A DNA stretch of 64,000 nt from an uncultured delta proteobacterium (GCA_963727445.1 CAVSGI010000020.1:448001-512000); one strand, 5' to 3'. Counted from the first letter of the stretch, positions 11,201-20,129 are shown. The notes: a model not told the origin generated them from the sequence alone. Program-made: numbers and translations.

Positions 11201-11305
11201 ACGATCGCGGCCGGGACCTGCGGCACGATCACCCTGCGCATCCGCTCTAGAGCGGGTGCGCGCATCCGTCTCTACTCCATCCGCATCGACCGCACCGGCA
11301 ATTAG
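5230..11305 (+). CDS. Giant (~2,020 aa) Cys-rich surface lipoprotein/adhesin with disintegrin-like repeats; frame broken by three indels (~9526, ~9584, ~9696)
   Basis: Lipobox LVSC. ORFs 5230..10569 and 9656..11305 carry the same repeat; comparing neighbouring units shows +1, -1 and +1 indels. Ends in a non-repetitive beta-rich domain. Confidence 0.85.
6290..10815 (+). repeat. Array of ~39 imperfect 96-bp coding repeats (GTxCRxxxGxCDxAExCxGxSxxCPxD/N) interrupted by ~50-aa Cys-rich spacer modules
   Basis: Counted by hand from the translations; block sizes 1,1,6,6,6,19; boundaries approximate. Confidence 0.9.
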
Positions 11306-11324
11306 TCGCCGGTGTAGCGCGAGC

Positions 11325-12581
11325 TCAACCGAAGGACTGACGCCGAGGCTTGCGTGAGATGCGGACCAGCGCCTCGGGCGCGGCGCGCTCGGGCTCGGGC
11401 GCGTCGTCGGCTTCCACCACGATCTCGAAGAGCCCGCAGTCGAAGGGCGTGCCGTCAGCCGGGTCGGCAGGCACCAGGCGCTCGCGCAGTCCGCGGCGCG
11501 CGTGCTCGAGGGCGCGGAAGTGACAGTAGGGGTTGTTCCCCGGTCGCCCGAAGAACGCGTGGGAGGTGAAGGAGCAGCCGCCGAGGCAGGTGTCACCGTA
11601 GACGCACTCGGCGCAGAAGCCGTGCAGGTCGTCGCGTGTTCGCGCGCGGGCGAAGCCGAGCTCGGGGGTCTCGTCCCAGATGCTGGCGATCGAACGGTCG
11701 CGCGCGTGGCCGCCCACGTAGGTCGTGGTCTGAAGCGAAGGGCAGCCCTTGATCGCGCCGTCCGACTCGATCCCCATCACGTACTTGCCCGCCTGGCATC
11801 CGGCCCAGTGGTCACCGTGCTCGGGGCGAAGTGAGCGCAGGAGCCCCTCTTCGGGGCCGAAGTAACCGAGGTTGTTGCCGGGCATCAGGAGCAGCCCTTC
11901 CTCGAGGCCGCGCTTCTTCACCGCCGCGATGCGCGGCATCAAGTCGAGCAGGTCGTAGGGTTGAAGGAGCATCTCCGGCCGATCCGCCGCGCGGCCCAGG
12001 GGCGCCGTGAGCTGTACCTGCCACGCGCGCACCCCCGCGTCGCGCAGCACCGCGTAGAGCCCTTCGAGGTCGCCCATGTTCAGGCGATTGAAGTTCGTGT
12101 TCGCACCGGCGGCCATCCCGGCCTCGCGCGCGTTCGCGAGCGCCGCGACCCCATCCCGAAACGAGCCGCGCCGGGCGCGCATCCGGTCGTGGTTGTCTTC
12201 GAGGCCGTCGAGGCTCACCGACACGCGCGTGACCCCCGCTTCCTTCATCGCGCGCGCCATCTCCTTCGTGATGCCGCGACCGCCGGTGGTGACGAGCACC
12301 CGCACGTCCGCTTCGTGAAAGGCGCGCGCCACCTCGAGGAAGCCTTCGTGCAGGTACGCCTCGCCGCCGATCAGCACCACCTCCCGCGTGCCCATCGCCA
12401 CCAGCTGGCGCACGACGTCCAGCGCCTCCGCCGCGCCGAGCTCGCTCTCACGCGCGACCCCGGCCCGAGACCCGCAGTGGGTGCAGGCGTGGTCGCAGGC
12501 GAGGGTCAGCTCCCAGACGACGTAGCGCGGGTGGTGATCGGTACCGACGACGTCGAGGCGACGGCGTGAAGGCTCGTTCAC
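11325..12581 (-). CDS. Radical SAM/SPASM peptide maturase, splicease-like (PlpX / GDL-motif-associated clade)
   Basis: VVWELTLACDHACTHCGSRAG (CxxxCxxC), LIGGEAYL, WQVQLT, GNNLGYFGP, GCQAG..GIESDGAIKGCPSL, CAECVYGDTCLGGC, NPYCHFRA. GTG 12581 lies 1 nt after the upstream stop. Confidence 0.9.
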   Translation of the reverse strand: MNEPSRRRLDVVGTDHHPRYVVWELTLACDHACTHCGSRAGVARESELGAAEALDVVRQLVAMGTREVVLIGGEAYLHEGFLEVARAFHEADVRVLVTTGGRGITKEMARAMKEAGVTRVSVSLDGLEDNHDRMRARRGSFRDGVAALANAREAGMAAGANTNFNRLNMGDLEGLYAVLRDAGVRAWQVQLTAPLGRAADRPEMLLQPYDLLDLMPRIAAVKKRGLEEGLLLMPGNNLGYFGPEEGLLRSLRPEHGDHWAGCQAGKYVMGIESDGAIKGCPSLQTTTYVGGHARDRSIASIWDETPELGFARARTRDDLHGFCAECVYGDTCLGGCSFTSHAFFGRPGNNPYCHFRALEHARRGLRERLVPADPADGTPFDCGLFEIVVEADDAPEPERAAPEALVRISRKPRRQSFG

Positions 12582-12582
12582 C

Positions 12583-12969
12583 TCAGGCGTCGGGGGCCGC
12601 GTCCGCGGCGGCGTCCCCGCTCGCTGCGTCGCCCGACGCGTCTCCGCTCGCATCGGAGGCCGCATCGGAGGCCGCATCGGCCGCGCCCGTATCCGCGGTG
12701 CCGGTGTCCGTGGTGCCCGTGTCCGCGGTGCCCGTGTCGGTTCCCATGTCCGCTCCCGAGTCGACGGGGCCAGTGTCCGGCGGCACGTAGTCGTCGGCGG
12801 CGCCGTAACAAGCGGAGAGGGTCATCGCCAGGATCCCTCCGCCCAGGGTGGCGAGGGGTCCGACCAGGCGCTTTGTAACCACCGAGGCTGACGCGCCGCA
12901 ATGCGGACAGGTCGACAGCTTGGAGGGAAGGAAGGAATCACACTGCGAACAAGAGCTGAGCTTGGCCAT
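12583..12969 (-). CDS. 128-aa putative rSAM substrate: N-terminal CxxC-x10-CxxC, hydrophobic stretch, LSAC-YG, acidic low-complexity tail
   Basis: MAKLSSCSQCDSFLPSKLSTCPHCG..LVGPLATLGGGILAMTLSACYGAADDYVPPDTG..(DTGTA/DAASD)n; abuts the rSAM gene. Confidence 0.75.
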   Translation of the reverse strand: MAKLSSCSQCDSFLPSKLSTCPHCGASASVVTKRLVGPLATLGGGILAMTLSACYGAADDYVPPDTGPVDSGADMGTDTGTADTGTTDTGTADTGAADAASDAASDASGDASGDAASGDAAADAAPDA

Positions 12970-13012
12970 CGACGGCGACCTTATCACCAACCCCGCCGCG
13001 GGCCGAAGAACC

Positions 13013-14029
13013 TCATCGCGCGGCAGCGCCACCGATTCGGAGCCCGAGGTCTCGCAGGTGCTCCCCCTCGCCGGTGAAGGGATCGATGCGGATCAGGGCC
13101 CCGTGGCAGGTGAACCCGTAGAGGAGGTCCCCAAAAGCGGCTACACCCCAGATGCACGGAAAGCCGGTATAGCCGAGGAGCCGCGCGCCGCCCCCCTCGA
13201 GGTCGACCTCGGCCAGCTGGTTGTCGCGGGTCTCGGAAGAGGCCTCGTCGGTGACGGTGACGAGCATCCGCCCATCGACGAAGGCGATGTCCCCAGAGGC
13301 GACCCAGCCCGCCGGGAGTCGCGCCACCTGCTCCCAGGCCCCGCTCATGGGGTCCATCGCGACGATGCGATCGTCCTGACCCGCCCCGAAGAGGCGTCCG
13401 CCGGGCCCTTCTTCGAGCGCCACCAGCTCGCCCGGGGAGGGGAACAGGGGGCGAACGCCCCCCAGGATGTCGTCCACCTCGAAGACCGAGTCGAAGTTCA
13501 CCCCATAGAGACGGCGGTCCGAGGCCAGCGCGATGTCGGTGAAGCGGGCGGCGAGGCGGGTGAGGCGGGTGAAATCGCCGGCGGGGAGGTCCACCTGGTA
13601 GAGGGCGTCGTTGTCGTGGATGAGAGCCTGGGCCACACATCCCCGAACGGGGTCACAGCGGTGGCTGATCGGGCAGGCCAGGTCGTCGGGCTCGAAGGCG
13701 CAACCCGTGGGCTCGACGCATGAATTGGTGGTGCAGTCGACGCCGTCGTCGCAGGCGAGGGGGCTCGTGACGCAGCCCGACATCGAGTCGCAGCGGCCGA
13801 TCTCGCAGGTGAGCCCGGTTTCACAGGCGTCGGCGAGGATCTGCTGGTGGCATCGGCCGGCCTCGCAGCGGTCCTCGGTGCAGCCCACGCCGTCTTCGCA
13901 GTCCACGTCGGCGGTGCACTCCGGCACCTCCCCGTCGGGCAGGCCGAGGGGGGCGGGGTCGACGCCGAGCCCCGACTTGCTGCCACATGCCACCCCCAAA
14001 AGGGCCAGCGCCAGGACCGTGCGTCTCAT
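13013..14029 (-). CDS. Lipoprotein with Cys-rich repeats and probable beta-propeller C-terminal domain
   Basis: MRRTVLALALLGVAC; CEDGVGCTEDRC/CDDGVDCTTNSC repeats; repeated TDIAL..LYG, GDIAF, LYGFT blades. Confidence 0.75.
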   Translation of the reverse strand: MRRTVLALALLGVACGSKSGLGVDPAPLGLPDGEVPECTADVDCEDGVGCTEDRCEAGRCHQQILADACETGLTCEIGRCDSMSGCVTSPLACDDGVDCTTNSCVEPTGCAFEPDDLACPISHRCDPVRGCVAQALIHDNDALYQVDLPAGDFTRLTRLAARFTDIALASDRRLYGVNFDSVFEVDDILGGVRPLFPSPGELVALEEGPGGRLFGAGQDDRIVAMDPMSGAWEQVARLPAGWVASGDIAFVDGRMLVTVTDEASSETRDNQLAEVDLEGGGARLLGYTGFPCIWGVAAFGDLLYGFTCHGALIRIDPFTGEGEHLRDLGLRIGGAAAR

Positions 14030-14131
14030 CGGGCACCGAGCCTACCTCCCGAGGGGCAGCCGCGCCGCTCGCATCCGAAGCAAGAAGCAGTGGAATTTGA
14101 CGTGCCTGCTTCAGCTGCCCAATTTGTAGGC

Positions 14132-15499
14132 GTGCCCCGACGTTCCACGGCCCGCTCGCTGCTCACCTTCGCGGGGGTGGCCGGGGCGGCCGTCTTCCTC
14201 TGGACCTGTGCGGGCGCCCCTCCTCGTGGGACGGATCGCCCCGCGCCCGGCCCCAGCGCCGCCTCGGACGATCCGTCCCCCTCGCCGATCGCCGCCGCCG
14301 AGGAGCCGGCCGAGCTGGCCGCCGGCCCCGCCTTCGCGCCCATCGACGACGGAGTGCCAGGCCTGAGGATCCCGATTCACGATCCCTCGGGGGTCGCCCT
14401 CGCGCACTTCTACGAAGCGCTCCGCCGCGCCGAAGCAGGCGAAGGACAAGCGAAGCTCGCGTTCTATGGCGCGAGTCACGTCGCCTCCGATCTCTTCACC
14501 GGCTACTTGCGCGATGCGCTTCAGCGACGCTTCGGCGACGCCGGTCCCGGCTTCGTGATCCCGGCGCATCCCTGGCGCTTCTATCGCAATCAGCGCTTCG
14601 ACATCGAGTCGAGCCGTCGCCTCTGGGACGGACACAAGGTGCGAGCGACGGATCCGGAGGTCCACTACTACGGCCTCGCCGGAGCCTTCGTCGAGACCTC
14701 CAGGCGCGGCGCTTTCGGTGCCATCACCACGCGCGAGCACGACGGTCTCGGCGGCAAGGTCTCCCGCTACGACCTCTATTACATGCAGCAGCCCGGCGGC
14801 GGCTCCTTCGAGGTGAAGATCGACGGCGAAGTCGTGGGCCGCGTCGACACCGACAGTGAGGACAAGGGCGCCGGCTACGCGACCTACGAAGTGGAAGACG
14901 GGGCGCATCGCTTCGAGGTGCGCACCCTCTCCGATCGTCCGGTGCGCATCTTCGGTGTCGCCGCCGACCGCGAGACGCCCGGGGTGATCCTCGACACCCT
15001 CGGCATCAACGGCGCCCGCGCTCGGTACCACCTGCAGTGGGAAGACGGGATGTACCGCGAGCATCTCGCGCGTCGGCATCCGGACCTGGTGGTGCTCGCC
15101 TACGGCACGAACGAGTCCGGCGACGACGAGGTTCCGATCACGACCTACGAGGAACGTTTGCGCCGCGTGCTGACGCGGGTCAAGGAGGTCGTGCCCGAAG
15201 CGTCCTGCCTGCTCATCGGTCCGTCGGACCGTCCTTTTCGCGAGGACGGCGACGCACTCGACCGGCCGCGCACCAGTGAGCTCGTCGATGCACAACGTCG
15301 CGTGAGCGAAGAGATGGGGTGCGGCTTCTTCGACCTCGTCGCGTTCATGGGCGGACCGCTCTCGATGGTCGATTGGGTGGAGCACGATCCGCGTTACGGC
15401 GCGCCCGATCACATCCACTACACGCGCAGAGGCTACGAAAGACTGGGCGAAGCGCTGCGCTATGCCCTCCTCTACGACTTCGAGGCGCCCAGCGAATAG
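14132..15499 (+). CDS. SGNH/GDSL hydrolase-family protein (PatB/Ape1-like), probable lipoprotein
   Basis: FYGASH (block I variant), GINGA, LAYGTNE, PDHIHY; FGDAGPGF motif; GTG start at 14132 inferred. Confidence 0.82.
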   Translation: MPRRSTARSLLTFAGVAGAAVFLWTCAGAPPRGTDRPAPGPSAASDDPSPSPIAAAEEPAELAAGPAFAPIDDGVPGLRIPIHDPSGVALAHFYEALRRAEAGEGQAKLAFYGASHVASDLFTGYLRDALQRRFGDAGPGFVIPAHPWRFYRNQRFDIESSRRLWDGHKVRATDPEVHYYGLAGAFVETSRRGAFGAITTREHDGLGGKVSRYDLYYMQQPGGGSFEVKIDGEVVGRVDTDSEDKGAGYATYEVEDGAHRFEVRTLSDRPVRIFGVAADRETPGVILDTLGINGARARYHLQWEDGMYREHLARRHPDLVVLAYGTNESGDDEVPITTYEERLRRVLTRVKEVVPEASCLLIGPSDRPFREDGDALDRPRTSELVDAQRRVSEEMGCGFFDLVAFMGGPLSMVDWVEHDPRYGAPDHIHYTRRGYERLGEALRYALLYDFEAPSE

Positions 15500-15570
15500 C
15501 GCCTGATTTCGGCCCTTTGGGGGCCGGGTGGCGTCGGGCTTTCGAGACGAGTAGAACCGGCCGCCGGCCG

Positions 15571-16992
15571 ATGCTGTTCAACAGCCCCGACTACGTTCTT
15601 CTGCTCATCCTCGCGGTCGCGGGCTACTGGCTTCTCGCGCATCACCGCGCGTCGCGCCTGCTCTTCATCTTCCTCGCGTCGTGTGCGTTCTACATGGCGT
15701 GGCATCCGTACTACATCGTCTTGATCCTCGGATCGACGCTGCTCGACTTCACCGCGGGTCATCAGATCCATGCAGCGACGTCTGCGCGCAAGAAGCGCGC
15801 GTGGCTCCTGGTGAGCGTCGTCGGCAACCTCGGTCTGCTCGGCACCTTCAAGTACTTCAACTTCTTCGGACGCGCGACGGCCGACGTCGTGTCGCTCTTC
15901 GGCTACGAGCTCCATCCGCCGTTCTTGGACGTGCTGCTCCCGGTGGGGATCAGCTTCTACACGTTCCAGACGATGAGCTACACCATCGACATCTACCGCG
16001 GGCGGCTCGCGCCCACGAAGAGCCTCCTCGAGTTCGCGTTCTTCGTGACCTACTTCCCGCAGCTCGTCGCCGGGCCGATCGTGCGCGCGTCCGAGTTCCT
16101 CCCTCAGCTGAAGCACACGCCCGAGCTCAGACGCGACGAGGTGGGGCGCGGCCTCTTCCTGATCGCGACCGGCATGATCAAGAAGGTCGCCATCGCAGAC
16201 TTCCTCTCGGTGAACCTCGTCGACCGCGTCTTCGAGAATCCCGAGCTCTACACCGCACCCGAAGTCGTCTTCGCCCTGTACGGCTTTACCGTCCAGATCT
16301 ATTGCGATTTCTCCGGATACACCGACGTCGCGAGGGGCTCGGCGATGCTCATGGGCCTGCGCCTCCCGCGCAACTTCGATCGCCCTTATCAGTCCGCGAG
16401 CCCCGCCGAGTTCTGGCGCACCTGGCACATGACGTTGTCGACGTGGTTGCGCGACTACCTCTACTTCCCACTCGGCGGCTCACGCGTCTCTCCACCGCGC
16501 GCGTACTTCAACTTGTTCGTCACGATGTTCTTGATCGGCATCTGGCATGGCGCGTCGTGGACGTTCGTTCTCTACGCGCTCTTGCAAGCCGGCGCGATGA
16601 TCGTGCACCGCTTCTTCCATCGTCGATCGGGTCGCGCGCGGGACGCCGTCGACCCCTGGCCGATGCGCGCTGTCAAGGTGTTCGCCTGTCTTCAGTTCGT
16701 CGTCTTCAGCCGCATACTTTTCAGGGCAACCAACATCGATAACGCTTGGGACGTGACAAGTCGCCTCTTCAGCGGTACGACATCCATGGCGCAGGTTTCG
16801 ACGACGGTGTTCATCGTCCTCGTCCTGTCGCTCGGGGCTCACTACACACCGAGGCGTTGGTTCGAAGAGATGGAACGACGCTTCATCAAGTTGCCGGCGC
16901 TCGCTCAGGGGGCTCTCCTCGGGGTGGTCGCGGGTTTCCTGGGCCTCGTCGCCACCACCGAAGTCGTCCCGTACATCTACTTTCAGTTCTGA
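15571..16992 (+). CDS. MBOAT O-acyltransferase (AlgI/PatA-like)
   Basis: MLFNS start, FKYFNFF, LPVGISFYTFQ, FPQLVAGPI, QIYCDFSGYTD, FWRTWHMTLS, GIWHGASW, C-terminal YIYFQF. Confidence 0.95.
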   Translation: MLFNSPDYVLLLILAVAGYWLLAHHRASRLLFIFLASCAFYMAWHPYYIVLILGSTLLDFTAGHQIHAATSARKKRAWLLVSVVGNLGLLGTFKYFNFFGRATADVVSLFGYELHPPFLDVLLPVGISFYTFQTMSYTIDIYRGRLAPTKSLLEFAFFVTYFPQLVAGPIVRASEFLPQLKHTPELRRDEVGRGLFLIATGMIKKVAIADFLSVNLVDRVFENPELYTAPEVVFALYGFTVQIYCDFSGYTDVARGSAMLMGLRLPRNFDRPYQSASPAEFWRTWHMTLSTWLRDYLYFPLGGSRVSPPRAYFNLFVTMFLIGIWHGASWTFVLYALLQAGAMIVHRFFHRRSGRARDAVDPWPMRAVKVFACLQFVVFSRILFRATNIDNAWDVTSRLFSGTTSMAQVSTTVFIVLVLSLGAHYTPRRWFEEMERRFIKLPALAQGALLGVVAGFLGLVATTEVVPYIYFQF

Positions 16993-16997
16993 GCGCA

Positions 16998-18509
16998 ATG
17001 AGCCCCGAGACCCGCGCGTCACTCATCAACCTCGCCACGGCCACGACCATCTTCCTCGCGTTCGGGGTGGCCTCGTATTTCATCCCCGAGGGCACGGTCC
17101 TCGCGGGCGTGAAGCTCGACCGCCTCAAGCCCTATACAGCCGACGACCCGCCCCCGCTCGCGGAGCTGTGGGACTATGGAAACAAGGAATTACCAGCCTT
17201 TGCGGGCGCTGGCGGCTCCTACGTCTCCCCCGAGCAGCGCTCGGCGCGGATGACCGAGAGCGTCGGCAGCGCCGTCGCCCACAACCTCGGAGAGGTGGAG
17301 GCGCCGCCCCTCGCCGAGGACGCCGAGCAGTCGCCCGCGGTGCGCATCGACCCAGCCGAGTATGCGGACCTCGCGGTCGAGATCGAGAACCCCGAAGCGC
17401 TCTCCACCTTCTTCGAAGCCCTCGAGGCGACGGCGCGTCGCGAGCCCGACGCCATCACCCGCGTCGGCCACTACGGTGACTCTTCCATCGCGACGGATCT
17501 GATCACCAGCACCGCGCGGCGGAACTTCCAGCGTCGTTTCGGGGATGCAGGCCATGGCTTCCATCTGATCTCGCGCGGGACGATGCCTTACCGTCACCGC
17601 AACGTCTTCCATCGCGCCTCGGGCGAGTGGGGGCTGCGCATGATCACCATGGGCACCGACCGTGAAGGTCAGTACGGCTACGGGGGTGTCGCGTACACGC
17701 CCCGGAGCGGCGCGCGGGCGCTCTTCGGCACCGCCGACGAGGGGAACATCGGTCTTCGGGTTTCGCACTTCGACATCTACTACCGTCAGGAGCCTCGCGG
17801 CGGCCGGCTCCGCTACCGCGTCGACGATGGGGAGTACGAGACCCTCGACACCGACGGGCAGAGCGGTGATCAGGTGCAGCGCATCGACGTGCCCGACGGG
17901 CCGCACCGCCTCGAGCTGCGCGCCGCGGGCGGCGGCCGGGTGAAGGTGTACGGGGTCGCCATGGAGCGGGAGGGGCCGGGGGTGGTCTACGACTCCCTCG
18001 GCCTGGTGGGCGCCCGCGCCCGCCGGCTCCTCAACTACGACGAGGAGCACATCGGGGCCCAGATGGCCGAGCGCGACCTCGACCTGGTGGTCCTGGGCTT
18101 CGGCGGCAACGAGGCGGACGACCCCCTCGGCCCCATCGAGAACCACTACGAGCCCGAATTCGCTGCGGTTATTCGCCGGATGCGCGGCGGACGGCGCGAC
18201 CTGGCCTGCCTGGTCTTCGGGCCGCTCGACCAGGCCTCCCGGGACGAGCACGGGCGGATCACCACCATGGAGACCATCCCCGTGATCGTCGCTGCCCAGC
18301 GCGCGGCGGCCCGGCGGGAAGGCTGTGCGTTCTTCGATACCTACCAGGCCATGGGCGGCGAGGGCGCGATGGCCGCATGGGTGCGCGCCAATCCCCGATT
18401 GGCGATGAGCGACTACCGCCACGCGACCCCCGACGGCTACCAGGTGATCGGCAACCTCTACTACAAGGCCCTGCTCAAGGCCTTCGCCGACCACCTTCGC
18501 AATCAGTAG
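16998..18509 (+). CDS. Second SGNH/GDSL protein (PatB-like), N-terminal membrane anchor
   Basis: HYGDSS, FGDAGHGF, GLVGA, GFGGNE, SDYRHA; 5 nt after the MBOAT stop. Confidence 0.85.
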   Translation: MSPETRASLINLATATTIFLAFGVASYFIPEGTVLAGVKLDRLKPYTADDPPPLAELWDYGNKELPAFAGAGGSYVSPEQRSARMTESVGSAVAHNLGEVEAPPLAEDAEQSPAVRIDPAEYADLAVEIENPEALSTFFEALEATARREPDAITRVGHYGDSSIATDLITSTARRNFQRRFGDAGHGFHLISRGTMPYRHRNVFHRASGEWGLRMITMGTDREGQYGYGGVAYTPRSGARALFGTADEGNIGLRVSHFDIYYRQEPRGGRLRYRVDDGEYETLDTDGQSGDQVQRIDVPDGPHRLELRAAGGGRVKVYGVAMEREGPGVVYDSLGLVGARARRLLNYDEEHIGAQMAERDLDLVVLGFGGNEADDPLGPIENHYEPEFAAVIRRMRGGRRDLACLVFGPLDQASRDEHGRITTMETIPVIVAAQRAAARREGCAFFDTYQAMGGEGAMAAWVRANPRLAMSDYRHATPDGYQVIGNLYYKALLKAFADHLRNQ

Positions 18510-18519
18510 CGCGTGACCT

Positions 18520-18735
18520 GTTGGAGGGCGGCTTCGACCGAGCCGACGTAGCCCCTGCCGAAGAGGTTCACGTGCACCCGCCACCAGCGACGGGGTGCTC
18601 GGTGCGGACCGCTCAGGCCCCGTTGGCCCTGGCTGGTCGGAGGGCGGCTGAACGTACGCGCTGAGTCAGACGACTCGTTGGAGGGCGGCTTCGACCGAGC
18701 CGACGTAGCCCCTGCCGAAGAGGTTCACGTGCACC
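18520..18735. repeat. Perfect 59-bp direct repeat (18520-18578 and 18677-18735)
   Basis: GTTGGAGGGCGGCTTCGACCGAGCCGACGTAGCCCCTGCCGAAGAGGTTCACGTGCACC occurs twice; copy 2 is in the fructosamine kinase 3' end, copy 1 is intergenic. Confidence 0.95.
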
Positions 18736-19553
18736 ATGAGGGGGTAGAGCTGGTAGAGGGGGATGCGATCTTTCCAGTCGGGGGCGAGGGGGTAGGCCTC
18801 TTGGTACGCGTCGAAGACCCTGGGGGAGAAGCCGCCGAAGAGGCGCATCATGGCGAGGTCCATCTCGCGGTGGCCGCCGTAGACGGCGGGGTCGATGAGG
18901 CAGGGCTCACCCGCTTCGTCGACGTGCAGGTTTCCGCCCCAGAGGTCGCCGTGGAGGCGCGCCGGGGGCTCGGCGGGGCCGACGCGCTCCGGTAGGCAGC
19001 CGAAGAGCGCGTCGAATCCGTGGCGCATCGCGTTCGAGGCGAGGCCGGAGGCGCTGGCGCGCTCGAGCTGGGGCCAGAGGCGCTCGCCTTCGTAGAATTC
19101 CGCCCAGGTCGCGGCGGGCGTGTTGCTCTGGGGGAGCCGGCCGATGAAGTTGTCGTGGTCGAGGCCGAAGCGGGGGGCGCCCGCGCGGTGCAGAGCGGCG
19201 AGGCCGCGGCCGAGGCGCTCGTCGAAGTCCCGGACGCGGGGCCCGGGCGTCAGCAGCTCGAGCGCCAAGAAGTGAGGGCTCGCGGCGAGGACCTCGGGGA
19301 TCCGCAGCGCGCCGGCCTCGGCCAGCCAGGCGAGGCCTCGGGCCTCGGCGGGAAACATCTCGGGATCGGCGGCCCAATTGTGGGGGCCTCGGGCCGGCCC
19401 CCTCTCGCCCCCTGGCCCACTGGTCTTCACGAAGACCCGCCGCCCGTCTTCGAGGGTCACGGCGTGGGCGACGTTGATGTCACCGCCGCCGAGGCCGCTC
19501 CTGTCCGCGACCGCGCTCCCCAGCGCCTCACCGACCTCGCGCCAGACCTTCAC
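18666..19553 (-). CDS. Fructosamine kinase family protein
   Basis: GGGDIN, FVK, EARGL, LHGDLWGGN, IDPAVYGGHREMDLAM..LFGGF, LYQLYPLMVHVNLFG; GTG 19553 overlaps the upstream TGA. Confidence 0.92.
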   Translation of the reverse strand: MKVWREVGEALGSAVADRSGLGGGDINVAHAVTLEDGRRVFVKTSGPGGERGPARGPHNWAADPEMFPAEARGLAWLAEAGALRIPEVLAASPHFLALELLTPGPRVRDFDERLGRGLAALHRAGAPRFGLDHDNFIGRLPQSNTPAATWAEFYEGERLWPQLERASASGLASNAMRHGFDALFGCLPERVGPAEPPARLHGDLWGGNLHVDEAGEPCLIDPAVYGGHREMDLAMMRLFGGFSPRVFDAYQEAYPLAPDWKDRIPLYQLYPLMVHVNLFGRGYVGSVEAALQRVV

Positions 19554-20035
19554 AGGCCGCGGGTTTCGCGCAGGTGTGCGAGGAGCCCTTCCGAAGCGGC
19601 CTGGCAGATGTCGAAGACCCGCTCGAAGCCGCCGTCGCCGCCGTAGTAGGGGTCCGGCACCTCGGAGCCCTTGGGCGACGCCGGGTCGAAATCGCGGAAC
19701 ATCGCGACCTTCTTCCGAGCGGCGGGGCTCGGGCAGATCTTCATCAGGTTCTCGTAGTTCGAGGCGTCCATCGCCAGGATGTAGTCGAAGCGGTCGAAGT
19801 CGCGCTTGTCGACCTTGCGGGCCGAGCCTTCGAGCACGATGCCGCGGCGCTTGGCCGTGGCGGTGGCGCGCCAATCGGGAGGCTCGCCCACGTGCCACGC
19901 TCCGGTTCCGGCGCTGTCGACCGTCACCTTCTTCGCGAGGCCCTGCTCTTCGAGGAGGTGCCGGAACACGCCCTCCGCCGTCGGTGAACGGCAGATGTTG
20001 CCCAAACAGACGAAGAGAACTCGAATATCGCTCAT
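19550..20035 (-). CDS. Low-molecular-weight protein tyrosine phosphatase
   Basis: VLFVCLGNICRS P-loop, DSAGT, DPYYGG. Confidence 0.96.
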   Translation of the reverse strand: MSDIRVLFVCLGNICRSPTAEGVFRHLLEEQGLAKKVTVDSAGTGAWHVGEPPDWRATATAKRRGIVLEGSARKVDKRDFDRFDYILAMDASNYENLMKICPSPAARKKVAMFRDFDPASPKGSEVPDPYYGGDGGFERVFDICQAASEGLLAHLRETRGL

Positions 20036-20129
20036 CTTTGTCGCTCACAGACTGCCCCGCCCCGGCGAAGGCGGGCGAAGCCTAGCGGAAGCCGGCGAGG
20101 GCGCCACGTGGTGCTATACCGCTCCCACT

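Noticed and set aside
12582..12677. rSAM N-terminal extension MRPPMRPPMR from the ORF track
   Set aside because: Alternative-frame reading of the precursor's DAASDAAS tail; GTG 12581 is the coupled start.
18520..18735. DGR template/variable repeat pair
   Set aside because: The copies are identical with no adenine-specific mismatches, are short, and no RT is present in the window.
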